Origin: Alphaproteobacteria bacterium
GTDB lineage: Bacteria > Pseudomonadota > Alphaproteobacteria > CALKHQ01
Reading direction: 5' to 3'
Length of the DNA: 64,000 nucleotides
NCBI GenBank assembly: GCA_965227515.1
Contig: CBDDFZ010000002.1
Coordinates: 1,344,001-1,408,000 of the forward strand
In this document: positions 32,900 to 42,975 of the stretch, one piece after another
Numbering within the stretch: position 1 is the stretch's first letter
Layout: the number at the start of each line of letters is the position of its first letter
The notes under the pieces: model-generated
The model's input: only the letters and a program-made list of their open reading frames with translations
Databases searched by the model: none
What the model was told of the DNA's origin: nothing
Translations under genes and position numbers: made by a program

Positions 32900-33553
32900 T
32901 CACGCCGCCATGTCCTCCAGCAGCACGTCGCGGCGCAGCAGGTCGACGATCTGGTCGATGCCCTCGCCGGCGCGGCAGTTGGTCAGCGCCAGCGGCCGGC
33001 CCTCGCGCACCTCTCGCGCCTCCGCCACCATGCGGTCGAGGTCGACGCCGACATGGGGCGCCAGGTCGGTCTTGTTGATCACCAGCAGGTCGCAGAGCGT
33101 CGGCCCCGGCCCGCGCTTGCGCGGAATGTCGTCGCCGCCGGCCACGTCGATGACGAACAGCCAATAGTCGACCAGGTCGAGCGAGAAGGTGGAGGCGAGA
33201 TTGTCGCCGCCGCTCTCGATGATCACCAGGTCGAGCTTGGGCAGCGCATGCTCCAGGAAATCCGCCGCCTCGATGTTCATCGACGGGTCCTCGCGGATGA
33301 CCGTGTGCGGGCAGGCACCCGATTCGACCGCCAGCACCCGCGACGGGTCGATCAGCCCGCTGTTCTTCAGCCGCTCGGCATCCTCCTTGGTCACCAGGTC
33401 GTTGGTCACCACCGCGACCTCGATCCCGCGCGCCGCAAGCGCCGGCACCAACCGCTCGATCAGCGCGGTCTTGCCGGAGCCGACCGGCCCGCCGATGCCG
33501 ACCCGCGCCGCTCCGGCCGCCTTGGTGGCGGCGTTGTTGCTGGTGGGGCTCAT
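32900..33553 (-). CDS. ureG: Urease accessory GTPase UreG
   Basis: [24 protein letters not shown]; ATGA overlap with the ureC stop. Confidence 0.95.
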   Translation of the reverse strand: MSPTSNNAATKAAGAARVGIGGPVGSGKTALIERLVPALAARGIEVAVVTNDLVTKEDAERLKNSGLIDPSRVLAVESGACPHTVIREDPSMNIEAADFLEHALPKLDLVIIESGGDNLASTFSLDLVDYWLFVIDVAGGDDIPRKRGPGPTLCDLLVINKTDLAPHVGVDLDRMVAEAREVREGRPLALTNCRAGEGIDQIVDLLRRDVLLEDMAA

Positions 33554-35262
33554 CGCAGCATGTAGCGCTGGGTGAGGGGCAATTCCTTCGCCGGGTCGCA
33601 CATCGCCACCTCGCCGTCGACGATGACGTCGAAGGTCTGGGGATTGACCTCGATCTTCGGCAGCGCGTCGTTGTGCAGCATGTGGGTCTTGTTGAGCTTG
33701 CGCACCTTGGACGCGGGCAACGTCATCTTGGTCAGGCCCAACGAGCCATGGATGTCGGCATCCATCGCCGCCTGGTTGACGAAGCAGGCGCTGAGCGCCT
33801 TCTTCGCCTCGCCGAACGCGCCCCATTGCGGGCGCATCAGCAAGGGCTCGCAGGTCATCAGCGACGCCGCGCTGTCGCCCATGGCGCCCCACGCGATGAA
33901 ACCGCCCTTCACCACCAGCTCCGGCTTGATGCCGAAGAAGCCCGGCCGCCACAGCACCACGTCGGCGAGCTTGCCGCTCTCCAGCGAGCCGACATGGGCG
34001 TCGATGCCGAAGGTGCGCGCGGCGTTGATGGTGTACTTGGCGATGTAGCGCTTGATGCGCTCGTTATCGCCCATGCTTGTCGCCTCGCTGTCCAGCCGGC
34101 CGCGCTGCTTCTTCATCTTGTCGGCGAGTTGCCAGGTCCGGCAGATCACCTCGTTGATGCGGCCCATGCCCTGGCTGTCCGACCCGAGCATGGCGATCGC
34201 CCCCAGGTCGTGCAGAATGTCCTCAGCCGCCATCGACTGCGGGCGGATGCGGCTTTCGGCGAACGCCACGTCCTCCGGCACCGCCGGGTTCAGGTGATGG
34301 CACACCATGGTCATGTCCAGGTGCTCGTCGAACGTGTTCACGGTGTAGGGGTTGGTCGGGTTGGTCGACGATGGCAGGCAATTGGCCTCGCCGGCGACCC
34401 GGATGATATCCGGCGCGTGGCCGCCGCCGGCACCTTCCGTGTGATACATGTGGATGGTGCGGCCGTTGATGGCGGCCAGCGTGTCCTCCAGATACCCGCT
34501 CTCGTTCAGGGTGTCGGTGTGGAGCTGGACCTGGAAGTCCAGCTCGTCGGCGACCGACAGGCAGGTGTCGATCACCGCCGGCATCGCGCCCCAGTCCTCG
34601 TGGATCTTCAGGCCCAGGCAGCCGCCGGCCATCTGGTCGTAGAGCGAGCGCGGCTTCGACGTGTTGCCCCGTCCCAGGAAGCCGAAGTTGATCGGCCACT
34701 GTTCGGCGGCCTGTAGCATCTTGCCGACGTTCCAGGCGCCGCCACAGTCGATGCCGACCGTGATCGGCCCCAGCGAGCCGCCGATCATGGTGGTGATGCC
34801 GGACGAGATCGCGTGCTCGCACAACTGCGCGCTGTCGAAGTGCACGTGGACGTCGATGCCGCCGGGGGTCGCGATCAGCCCCTCGGCATCGCGCACCGTG
34901 GTGGCGGCGCCGACGATCAGGTCGCTGTCGACATTGTCCATGGTGGCGGGGTTGCCGGCCTTGCCGATGCGCACGATCCGCCCGTCCTTGATGCCGATAT
35001 CGCCTTTCACGATGCCAAGCACCGGGTCGATGACCACGGCGTTGCAGATCAGCATGTCGAGCGCGCCGGCCGCGCTGTCATAGCCGGCGGTCAGACCCAG
35101 CCCGTCGCGCAGCGTCTTGCCGCCGCCGTGCAGGCTCTCGTCACCCAGGAAGTTGTAGTCGTGCTCGACCTCGGCCAGCAGGTCGGTGTCGGCCAGCCGC
35201 ACCGCGTCCCCGGTGGTCGGCCCGTACATCGCGGCATAGTCCGCGCGGCTCATCTTCGCCAT
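33550..35262 (-). CDS. ureC: Urease alpha subunit homologue (divergent active-site pocket)
   Basis: [52 protein letters not shown]. Confidence 0.93.
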   Translation of the reverse strand: MAKMSRADYAAMYGPTTGDAVRLADTDLLAEVEHDYNFLGDESLHGGGKTLRDGLGLTAGYDSAAGALDMLICNAVVIDPVLGIVKGDIGIKDGRIVRIGKAGNPATMDNVDSDLIVGAATTVRDAEGLIATPGGIDVHVHFDSAQLCEHAISSGITTMIGGSLGPITVGIDCGGAWNVGKMLQAAEQWPINFGFLGRGNTSKPRSLYDQMAGGCLGLKIHEDWGAMPAVIDTCLSVADELDFQVQLHTDTLNESGYLEDTLAAINGRTIHMYHTEGAGGGHAPDIIRVAGEANCLPSSTNPTNPYTVNTFDEHLDMTMVCHHLNPAVPEDVAFAESRIRPQSMAAEDILHDLGAIAMLGSDSQGMGRINEVICRTWQLADKMKKQRGRLDSEATSMGDNERIKRYIAKYTINAARTFGIDAHVGSLESGKLADVVLWRPGFFGIKPELVVKGGFIAWGAMGDSAASLMTCEPLLMRPQWGAFGEAKKALSACFVNQAAMDADIHGSLGLTKMTLPASKVRKLNKTHMLHNDALPKIEVNPQTFDVIVDGEVAMCDPAKELPLTQRYMLR

Positions 35263-35265
35263 GGC

Positions 35266-35964
35266 TCAGGCCCCCTTGAAGCCGCGGGCGCGGGCACGCG
35301 CCAGTGCAGCCTCTTTCTGCAGCTCCGATTTCGTCGAGCCCTCGGTCAACCGGTTCAGGCCGGACATCTCGCCCGTGCCGCCGAAGCCGCACAGATTGAC
35401 CTCGCGCGCCTCGCCCGGCTCGAAGCGCACGGCGGTGCCGGCCGGAATATCCAGGTGCATGCCGAAGGCGGCGGCACGGTCGAAGTCGAGCGCGCGGTTG
35501 GCCTCGAAGAAGTGATAGTGGCTGCCGACCTGGATCGGCCGGTCGCCGGTGTTGGTGACCTTGACCTTTGCGGTCGGCCGGCCGGCGTTGAGCTGATGAT
35601 TGCCCTTGCCGGCGATGATCTCGCCCGGTGTCACCGCACCCTTCGGCGCCTTCTTCTTGCCGGGGCGGATCGGGTCGTGGACCGTGACCAGCTTGGTGCC
35701 GTCCGGGAAGGTCGCCTCGACCTGCAGCATCGGCATCAGGTCGGCGACGCCCGGCATCACGTCATCGCTGGTCAGGATGGTGGACCCGTAGCTGATCAGG
35801 TCGGCCACGCTGCGGCCCTCCCGCGCGCCCTCCAGAATCTCGTCGGAGATGTAGGCAATCGCCTCGGGGTGGTTCAGCTTCAGGCCCTTGTCGCGGCGGC
35901 GCCGGGCCATTTCGGCGGCGGTGAAGATGGTCAGCCGCTCCATCTCGGTCGGCGTCAGTAGCAT
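35266..35964 (-). CDS. ureAB: Fused urease gamma/beta subunit
   Basis: [11 protein letters not shown]...LNHPEA...[17 protein letters not shown], then PGEI...[19 protein letters not shown]...[11 protein letters not shown] in one frame. Confidence 0.95.
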   Translation of the reverse strand: MLLTPTEMERLTIFTAAEMARRRRDKGLKLNHPEAIAYISDEILEGAREGRSVADLISYGSTILTSDDVMPGVADLMPMLQVEATFPDGTKLVTVHDPIRPGKKKAPKGAVTPGEIIAGKGNHQLNAGRPTAKVKVTNTGDRPIQVGSHYHFFEANRALDFDRAAAFGMHLDIPAGTAVRFEPGEAREVNLCGFGGTGEMSGLNRLTEGSTKSELQKEAALARARARGFKGA

Positions 35965-36010
35965 TGCAGTTGTCTCCCCCGTCGTCGTGTCAGGCTGAGT
36001 TGGCGTGCGC

Positions 36011-36691
36011 TCATGTCGCGAACAGGCGCACGGTCTGGTTCGGGTGGCGCATGGCGGCGATCTCCGCCAGCGGCGTGAAGCTGCTGATATCGGCGGGTGC
36101 CGGCGGTGCCGTGTCGACCATGGTTGCCAGGTCGTGGTGCAGGTCGCCGCGCAGGCGCTGGGCGGCGGCGTGACCGATGATGTTGAGCCGCACCGCCGCG
36201 CTGAGGATGCCGGCGACCAGGCCATGGGCCGCCATCGCCGCGGCAGTTCGCGCGCCCAGCCCGGTGCCGTGCCAGACGACGCCTTGCACCACCGGAAGAT
36301 GTCCGCGCAGGCCCCCGTCGCGCACGGCATTTTGAAAGGCCTGCGCGCCCGGTGTCTGCAGGCGCGCATGGATCGACAACAGGGCGGCCCCGGCCCGGCG
36401 CGAGCCCTCGCGCAGTTCCGCCGGCATGGTCATCCGCTCGACGAGATCGTCCAGTTCGGCCAGCTTGGCCTCATCCCCTGCGGCGGCGTGGGCCGCGGCC
36501 ATGACAGGGCGGTCGAACGATTGCCAGCGGCCATGCAGTTGGCTGGACAGGAAGGCCCGCACGTCTTCCTCCGACGACAGCAGTCCGTCGCGGTGCAGCG
36601 GCTCCAGGCCCCACGAGAATGAGCCCGCCCCGCTGGGAAACAGGCTGTCGCCGTGTTGCAGGGCGACCAGCAGTTCGGCATCAAGGCTCAT
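36011..36691 (-). CDS. ureF: Urease accessory protein UreF
   Basis: [27 protein letters not shown]-terminal H...RLFAT. Confidence 0.88.
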   Translation of the reverse strand: MSLDAELLVALQHGDSLFPSGAGSFSWGLEPLHRDGLLSSEEDVRAFLSSQLHGRWQSFDRPVMAAAHAAAGDEAKLAELDDLVERMTMPAELREGSRRAGAALLSIHARLQTPGAQAFQNAVRDGGLRGHLPVVQGVVWHGTGLGARTAAAMAAHGLVAGILSAAVRLNIIGHAAAQRLRGDLHHDLATMVDTAPPAPADISSFTPLAEIAAMRHPNQTVRLFAT

Positions 36692-37133
36692 CTTGCACAA
36701 TCTCTATGCGGCCACTGCCCAATAGAGGGGCAAGTCTGGCCAGGTAGGCGTCGGCGTCGCCATCCTGCGCCACGTTCAGCACATCGCCGTCGAATGTGAC
36801 GCGCCAATGCATGTTTCCCGCCAGGTAGCCGAGTTCCAAGGCCGCCGATGCCACGGTCGCACGCACCCGGATGACCGGCTGCGCGGTCATGCGCACGACA
36901 ATCGCCTGCTCATTCGTTAGGCGCAGGATGGCGCCATTGCACAATTTTTCATCACGAGGCAGGGCAATGGCGCACGCGGTGCCCTTGTCGGTGGTCGCCC
37001 GCAATCGGTGACGGCTGAGATCGGCTGGCGCCAAGGCGATGTATTCGACCGCATCGGCATGGCCAAGCTTGTGTAGCGCGTCGGCCATGTCGTCGTCGGT
37101 GGCCCGGCCCAGAACCTCGGTCAACAGCAGCAT
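36681..37133 (-). CDS. ureE: Urease accessory protein UreE (no His-rich tail)
   Basis: RHRLRATTDKG...LPR, LGYLAGNMHW; stop overlaps the ureF start. Confidence 0.8.
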   Translation of the reverse strand: MLLLTEVLGRATDDDMADALHKLGHADAVEYIALAPADLSRHRLRATTDKGTACAIALPRDEKLCNGAILRLTNEQAIVVRMTAQPVIRVRATVASAALELGYLAGNMHWRVTFDGDVLNVAQDGDADAYLARLAPLLGSGRIEIVQDEP

Positions 37134-37315
37134 GTCGCGCGCGCAATCGTGGTGGGATCGACGTTGCCAGCCGGGTGTCTCAGGATCGCCCTCCCCTTGA
37201 AGCGGGCCGTTCGGCCGACAATTGTTGAAACCGAGTGGCACCTAATCTGACCGGCAGTGAAACCGGCTGGCCGGTGCGGGGTCAATGCCGAAGTCGCCGC
37301 CGCGACCCGACCCCG

Positions 37316-37330
37316 TGGCACATTTCTTGA
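37316..37330 (+). promoter_or_regulatory. Candidate sigma54 (-24/-12) promoter for the transporter-amidase arm
   Basis: TGGCAC-ATTTC-TTGA matches TGGCAC-N5-TTGC except at the last base. Confidence 0.4.
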
Positions 37331-37503
37331 TGGTCATGGTCGCGACCGTTCGTCCGCAGTCGGATGATTGCGCCTTCGACATCTTGATGCTAGAGAAAAG
37401 ATGTTAACCGGCAGGGAAATCTCGCGGGTGCACAACACTTTGGCGCCCGACACAATGGCGAGGTCTGCGGGCGAGCAATGAGCGACCTGATCTGGAGGGG
37501 AAC

Positions 37504-38775
37504 ATGACCAAGTTGCACACGAATATCGGCCGCCGGAAGCTGCTGAAGGGCTCGGCGCTGGCCGGTGCCGCAGCCGCTTTTCCGACGCCTTACTTCTTCA
37601 CCCGTTCGGCGGCTGCGCAGGATGCCATTGAGCTTGGCGTGCTGTTCTCCCTGACCGGCGGTCTGTCGATCATCGAGAAGTCGCTGGCCGATGCCACCTT
37701 GATGGCGATCGACGAGGTGAATGCCGAGGGGGGCATCAACGGCGTCATGATCAATCCGATCGTCGAGGACGGCGCTTCGGATCCGCAGACGTACAACGAG
37801 AAGGCCAGCAAGCTGGTCCTTCAGGACCGCGTGCCGACCGTGTTCGGCTCCTACACCTCTGCCAGCCGCAAGGCCGTGCTGCCGGTGTTCGAGCGCCGCA
37901 ACAGCATGTACTTCTATCCGACGTTCTATGAGGGTTTCGAATGCTCCAAGAACGTGGTCTACACCGGCGCGGTGCCGAACCAGCAGCTTTCCAACTACAT
38001 CCCATGGATCATCAACGAACTCGGCAAGACCAAGTTCTTCATCGTCGGGTCGAACTACATCTACCCGCGCGAGATGGCCAAGGTCTGCAAGATCCTGATC
38101 GAGGAGAACGGCGCCGAGTGGATCGCCGACGAGTATCTGGAACTCGGCCACTCCGAATGGGGTGCCATGGTCTCCAAGATCAAGGACTCCGGCTGCGACG
38201 TGGTGCTGTCCAATGTCGTCGGCGACTCGATCGTGGCATTCTACCGTGAGTACAAGAACCAGGGCCTGACCCAAGAAGCGTTGCCGATCTGCGCCACCGT
38301 GACCTCGGAGATCGAGATCGCCGCTATGGGCCCCGAGTTTGCGGCCGGCAGTTTCTCCTCGTTCCCGTACTTCCAGGCCATCGACACGGACATCAACCAA
38401 ACGTTTGTCGAGAACTATCGTGCGTATGTGAACGATCCGGCTGCGGTGACCCACGCCGCGCTCGAGTCGTCCCATTTCGAGGTGCACCTGTGGGCGCAGG
38501 CGGCGCGGACTTTGAACGGCGACATCACACCGGACAACATCCGCGAGGCGATCAAGGGCCAGGAAATGGACGCAGCGAATGGCCATGTCCGCATCGCGCC
38601 GGAGAACCTGCATACGTATATGACCCCGCGTATCTCGCAGTGGAACGCCGAGGGCCAGGGCGTGATCGTGGACGAGTATCCTGAGCCCATCATGCCGCTT
38701 CCCTATTCGGCCTATGGCGAGGCAGAGGACAATCTTTTCTGCCTCGAGAGCGGGCTGGATACGTCCAAGCTCTAG
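37504..38775 (+). CDS. Amide/urea ABC transporter substrate-binding protein (AmiC/UrtA/FmdD family), Tat-exported
   Basis: GRRKLLK twin-arginine signal, TSASRKAVLPVFE, YEGFECS, GSNYIYPR. Confidence 0.9.
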   Translation: MTKLHTNIGRRKLLKGSALAGAAAAFPTPYFFTRSAAAQDAIELGVLFSLTGGLSIIEKSLADATLMAIDEVNAEGGINGVMINPIVEDGASDPQTYNEKASKLVLQDRVPTVFGSYTSASRKAVLPVFERRNSMYFYPTFYEGFECSKNVVYTGAVPNQQLSNYIPWIINELGKTKFFIVGSNYIYPREMAKVCKILIEENGAEWIADEYLELGHSEWGAMVSKIKDSGCDVVLSNVVGDSIVAFYREYKNQGLTQEALPICATVTSEIEIAAMGPEFAAGSFSSFPYFQAIDTDINQTFVENYRAYVNDPAAVTHAALESSHFEVHLWAQAARTLNGDITPDNIREAIKGQEMDAANGHVRIAPENLHTYMTPRISQWNAEGQGVIVDEYPEPIMPLPYSAYGEAEDNLFCLESGLDTSKL

Positions 38776-38789
38776 TAGGGGCTAACGAC

Positions 38790-38819
38790 ACCGGGCCGGT
38801 TCTGACAGACCGGCCCGGT
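38790..38819 (+). other. Intercistronic stem-loop after the substrate-binding protein gene (mRNA stabiliser or attenuator)
   Basis: accgggccggt-N8-accggcccggt, 11-bp perfect stem. Confidence 0.6.
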
Positions 38820-38836
38820 CTTCGTCGGGACCACGC

Positions 38837-39772
38837 ATGGAAGTCTTCTTCATTGGATTGAGCCTCGGCTCGATCCTGCTGCTCATCGCGCTTGGCCTGT
38901 CCATCACCTATGGCGCCATGGGGGTCATCAATATGGCCCATGGCGAGATGGTGATGATCGGCGCCTACTCCACCGTGATGGTGCAGATGTACCTTGGCCT
39001 CAACATGATCTACGCCATCCCGGTGGCGTTCCTGGTTGCCGCCCTGCTCGGGCTGCTGATCGAGCGGGTCGTCGTACGCCGGCTTTATGGCCGTCTGCTC
39101 GACACGTTGCTGGCCACGTGGGGCATCGGCATCCTGATCCAACAGGCGGTACGACTGGAGTTCGGCCTCGCGCTGTTCGACATCCGCATGACATTTCTCG
39201 GCCGCGAGATTTACAGTCTGACTGACGCGCACATTCCCGGGCTCGGCACGGGACTGCAGAATGTCGATGTGCCGTCGGTGTTGAGCGACCCGATCCCGAT
39301 CGGCGACTTCGAACTGCAGCCGTACCGCAGCTTCATTATCCTGGTGACCATCGCGCTGTTGGTGCTGACATGGTGGATCATGTACCGCACCTCCATGGGC
39401 CAGCAGGTCCGCGCCATCATGCGCAATCCGAGCATGGCGGCGAGCTGCGGCATCAACGTTAAGCGCGTCAACGCTCTCACCTTTGCCTATGGCTCCGGGT
39501 TGGCCGGCGTGGCGGGCGTGATGATGTCCGGCTTCAAGACCGTTTCGCCCGACATGGGGACGTCGATGGTGGTCGACGGATTTCTCGTTGTCGTGGTCGG
39601 CGGCGTTGGCAGCCTGCTCGGCAGTCTGGTTGCGTCCGTCGGTCTTGGGCAGGTCAATGGTATCTTCGCGTTCTTTACGAACGACATCCTGGCGCGCGCA
39701 CTGATCTTCGGACTGGTCATCATCATCATCATGATCCGGCCGAAGGGCCTGTTCTCGTTCAAGGGGCGCTAG
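38837..39772 (+). CDS. Amide/urea ABC transporter permease, UrtB-like
   Basis: GLSITYGAMGVINMAHGE, LDTLLATWG, IRPKGLF. Confidence 0.9.
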   Translation: MEVFFIGLSLGSILLLIALGLSITYGAMGVINMAHGEMVMIGAYSTVMVQMYLGLNMIYAIPVAFLVAALLGLLIERVVVRRLYGRLLDTLLATWGIGILIQQAVRLEFGLALFDIRMTFLGREIYSLTDAHIPGLGTGLQNVDVPSVLSDPIPIGDFELQPYRSFIILVTIALLVLTWWIMYRTSMGQQVRAIMRNPSMAASCGINVKRVNALTFAYGSGLAGVAGVMMSGFKTVSPDMGTSMVVDGFLVVVVGGVGSLLGSLVASVGLGQVNGIFAFFTNDILARALIFGLVIIIIMIRPKGLFSFKGR

Positions 39773-39773
39773 C

Positions 39774-41363
39774 GTGCCAGCGACCAAGGTCCGTCTAGAT
39801 TATGCGGCGTACGCGATCGTCATCGTGGCCATGCTGCTGTTGCCGTCGTTCATGGACGACGTCTTCTGGCTGAACCGCATCTCCAAGTATCTCGTCTACG
39901 GCATGCTGGGCGTGGCGATTGCCATGGCCTGGGGCTATGCCGGCGTGCTGAACCTGGGCCAGGGCCTGTTCTTCGGGCTCGGCGCCTACATGCTGGCGAT
40001 GTCGCTGAAGCTGGCCAGTCCGACCAGCCTAGCCCAAGGCTCCGACCAGCCGATCCCCGATTTCATGATGTGGACTTCGGAGCCCGGGGCGGAGCTTGAC
40101 CTGTGCTGCATCACCGGCGGTTCGTTCCTGTGGATCCCGTTCGAGAATCAGTGGTTCGGCGTGTTCATGGGTATCGTGCTGCCGGTGCTGGTGGCGACCC
40201 TGGTCGGCTATGTGCTGTTCCGGCTGCGCATCTCCGGCGTGTTCATCGCAATCATCACCCTGGCGCTGGTGCTGCTGGTCCGGCTGATCGTCATCGACGC
40301 CCAGCCGGTCACCAACGGCTTCAACGGCCTGACCGACCTTGGCTGGTTCACGGTCAACGATTTCGAGCTCGACCCCTATTTCGTCGAGACCTACTACGTC
40401 ATCGCCGTCGTGACGGCGCTGGTGCTGATCTTTGCGCGATGGCTGGTCAGCACGCGCGCGGGCCTGATCCTGCAGTCGATCCGCGACGACGCCAACCGCG
40501 CTCGCTTCCTGGGCTTCAACGTCGCCCACTACCAGACCTTTTTCTTCGCGGTCTCGGCCGGCATCGCGGGGCTGGCCGGCATGCTGTTCGTGATGGCATC
40601 CGAGTTCGCGTCGCCCACGTTCATGGACCTGGCCTTCTCCATCACCATGGTGGTTTGGGCCGCGGTCGGCGGGCGCCATTCGCTGCTGGGCGCGTGCATC
40701 GGCGCCTTCCTGGTCAACTTCATCGAGGACACGGTCAGCGAGACCGACGCGCTGGTGGAGGCGTGGAAAGCGATCATCGGCTTGCTGTTCGTGCTGGTGG
40801 TGCTGTTCCTGCCGCGCGGGCTGGCCGGCTTCGCCAACGATGTGGTCGACCGGTACTTGCGGTTCGTACGCACGCCTCATGCGGCGCGGCGCCTGCCCTA
40901 TCCGCGCGTGGCCGCGCTCATCTGCATGGCCTTCGTGGTGACCATGCTGCTGCCGTGGATGTCATTGAACGAGGAGGCGAACTCGATGTTCGATGCCGCG
41001 TTCCTCGGCTTCCCCGGAGGCGGATGGTTCGGCCTGGCGATGCAGATCGCGATCATCCTGGCCATCCTGATCGGCATCTTCGGCGCCATCATCATGGCGT
41101 CGGAAAAGACCCTGCGCAGGGCGGCCGCCATAGCACCGGGCGTGTACATGCTGGCCGTGGTGCTGGTGTTCGCCATCGTTCTGTTTGCTGCCGTGCTGGC
41201 CGTTGAAGGCATGCAAGCGGAGTACGGTTTCTTCCTCGGTGCGGCAGTGGCCATAGGGCTGATCGCTTACGGATTGCTGGCACCCGCCCAGCCGCATGCA
41301 GTCACCGAAACGCAGCAAGACGCCGGCCCGGCAATCTCTGACGAGAGCAAGGCTGATGCGTGA
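39774..41363 (+). CDS. Amide/urea ABC transporter permease, UrtC-like, with extra C-terminal membrane domain
   Basis: WGYAGVLNLGQGLFFGLG, IPDFM, TNGFNGLTD, WAAVGGR, LPRGLAG; about 170 additional residues, largely hydrophobic. Confidence 0.88.
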   Translation: MPATKVRLDYAAYAIVIVAMLLLPSFMDDVFWLNRISKYLVYGMLGVAIAMAWGYAGVLNLGQGLFFGLGAYMLAMSLKLASPTSLAQGSDQPIPDFMMWTSEPGAELDLCCITGGSFLWIPFENQWFGVFMGIVLPVLVATLVGYVLFRLRISGVFIAIITLALVLLVRLIVIDAQPVTNGFNGLTDLGWFTVNDFELDPYFVETYYVIAVVTALVLIFARWLVSTRAGLILQSIRDDANRARFLGFNVAHYQTFFFAVSAGIAGLAGMLFVMASEFASPTFMDLAFSITMVVWAAVGGRHSLLGACIGAFLVNFIEDTVSETDALVEAWKAIIGLLFVLVVLFLPRGLAGFANDVVDRYLRFVRTPHAARRLPYPRVAALICMAFVVTMLLPWMSLNEEANSMFDAAFLGFPGGGWFGLAMQIAIILAILIGIFGAIIMASEKTLRRAAAIAPGVYMLAVVLVFAIVLFAAVLAVEGMQAEYGFFLGAAVAIGLIAYGLLAPAQPHAVTETQQDAGPAISDESKADA

Positions 41364-41405
41364 TCCGGGAACATTTGCGCGGGCGATGAACCCGGGGGTG
41401 CGGTC

Positions 41406-42188
41406 ATGAGCGACACGTCCGGCATGACGGGCGGCACGACGGGCGGCACGGCGCTGAAGGTCGACCAGCTCGAACTCGACTACGGCGGGTTCAAGGCGGT
41501 CGACGGCTTCTCCATGGAGGTGGCCGAGGGCGAGCTTCGCGTCCTGATCGGCGCCAATGGTGCCGGCAAGACCACGCTGATGGACCTGATCAGCGGCAAG
41601 ACCAAGTCGACCGCCGGCAAGGTCTTTCTGCACGGCACCGACATCACCAACCGGCAGGAGCACCAGATTGCGCGCGCCGGTGTCGGCCGCAAGTTCCAGA
41701 TCCCGAGCGTGTTCCGCGACCTGTCTGTGCGCCAGAATTTGAGCGTCGCCGCGACCGAGAGCAAGAGCGTGCTCGGCAATATCGGCCTTGGCCTGCGCCG
41801 CGCGCGCCGCGACGAGGTCGACCGCATCCTGGGCCTGATCGAGCTGCGCGAAAAGGCCGACGATGCCGCCAGCACCCTGTCGCATGGCGAGACCCAGTGG
41901 CTGGAACTCGGCATGCTGATGATCCAGGACCCGAAGATCATCCTGCTCGACGAGCCGACCGCCGGCATGACCCATGCGGAGACCCTGAAGACGTCGCGCA
42001 TCGTCAACGCCATGAAGGGCGAGCACACCATCCTGGTCGTCGAGCACGACATGAGCTTCGTCAAGGAGATCGCCAACACCATCACCGTCATGCACCTGGG
42101 CAAGCGGCTGGCGGAAGGCACCGTCGACGAGATCGAGAACGATGCGGCCGTGAAGCAGGCCTATCTGGGCAGCGGGGGCATCCACTGA
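41406..42188 (+). CDS. ABC transporter ATP-binding protein, UrtD-like
   Basis: [32 protein letters not shown]. Confidence 0.9.
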   Translation: MSDTSGMTGGTTGGTALKVDQLELDYGGFKAVDGFSMEVAEGELRVLIGANGAGKTTLMDLISGKTKSTAGKVFLHGTDITNRQEHQIARAGVGRKFQIPSVFRDLSVRQNLSVAATESKSVLGNIGLGLRRARRDEVDRILGLIELREKADDAASTLSHGETQWLELGMLMIQDPKIILLDEPTAGMTHAETLKTSRIVNAMKGEHTILVVEHDMSFVKEIANTITVMHLGKRLAEGTVDEIENDAAVKQAYLGSGGIH

Positions 42189-42880
42189 TGCTGTCGCTGG
42201 ACCACGTCAACAGCTTCTACGGGCGCAGCCAGATCCTGCACGATCTGTCGCTGGAGGCGCGCGAGGGCGAGATCGTCGCCATTCTGGGCCGCAATGGCGT
42301 CGGCAAGACCACCTTGATGAAAACCATCATGGGGCTGACCGACCGCATCGAAGGCACGATCCGGCTGCAGGACGTCGACCTGAGCCGGCGGTCGACGTTC
42401 GACCGGGCCCGCGCCGGCATCGCCTATGTGCCCCAGGGGCGCGAGATCATTCCCGATTTCACGGTGCGCGAGAACATCCTGATGGGGTGCTTCGCCCGCC
42501 CCGGCGAGCCCCGGCGGGTGCCCGACCTGGCGATGGAGCTGTTCCCCTATCTGCGCGAGAACATGGGCAAGCCCGGCGGTCTGCTGTCGGGCGGCCAGCA
42601 GCAGCAACTGGCCATTGCGCGCGCGTTGGCGGCGAAGCCGACCGTGCTGTTGCTCGACGAGCCGACCGAGGGCATCCAGCCCAACATCGTCGAGCTGATC
42701 GAGGGCGCGATCCAGACACTGAACCAGACCCTGGGGCTCACGATCTTGTTGGTGGAGCAGAACGTTGCCTTTGCCCGGTCGGCGGCGCATCATTTCGCGA
42801 TGATGGTCAAGGGCAGCGTGGTGGCGGCGGGGTCCGTCGCGGAACTGACCGATGCAGTGGTCGCGGAGCACATGATCTAG
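42188..42880 (+). CDS. ABC transporter ATP-binding protein, UrtE-like
   Basis: TGATG overlap; [36 protein letters not shown]. Confidence 0.9.
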   Translation: MLSLDHVNSFYGRSQILHDLSLEAREGEIVAILGRNGVGKTTLMKTIMGLTDRIEGTIRLQDVDLSRRSTFDRARAGIAYVPQGREIIPDFTVRENILMGCFARPGEPRRVPDLAMELFPYLRENMGKPGGLLSGGQQQQLAIARALAAKPTVLLLDEPTEGIQPNIVELIEGAIQTLNQTLGLTILLVEQNVAFARSAAHHFAMMVKGSVVAAGSVAELTDAVVAEHMI

Positions 42881-42975
42881 CCTGTCCCGGCAGGTGCGGC
42901 TGCGCGCTGCGAACAACAACGGCCCGCCGATGGCGCAAAACGGCGCGGGCCGATCATCTAGAGAGGAGAGGCGTC

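Noticed and set aside
37428-37447. tgcacaacactttggcgcc as an NtrC site
   Set aside because: Spacing does not fit TGCACC-N5-GGTGCA and it lies downstream of the candidate promoter
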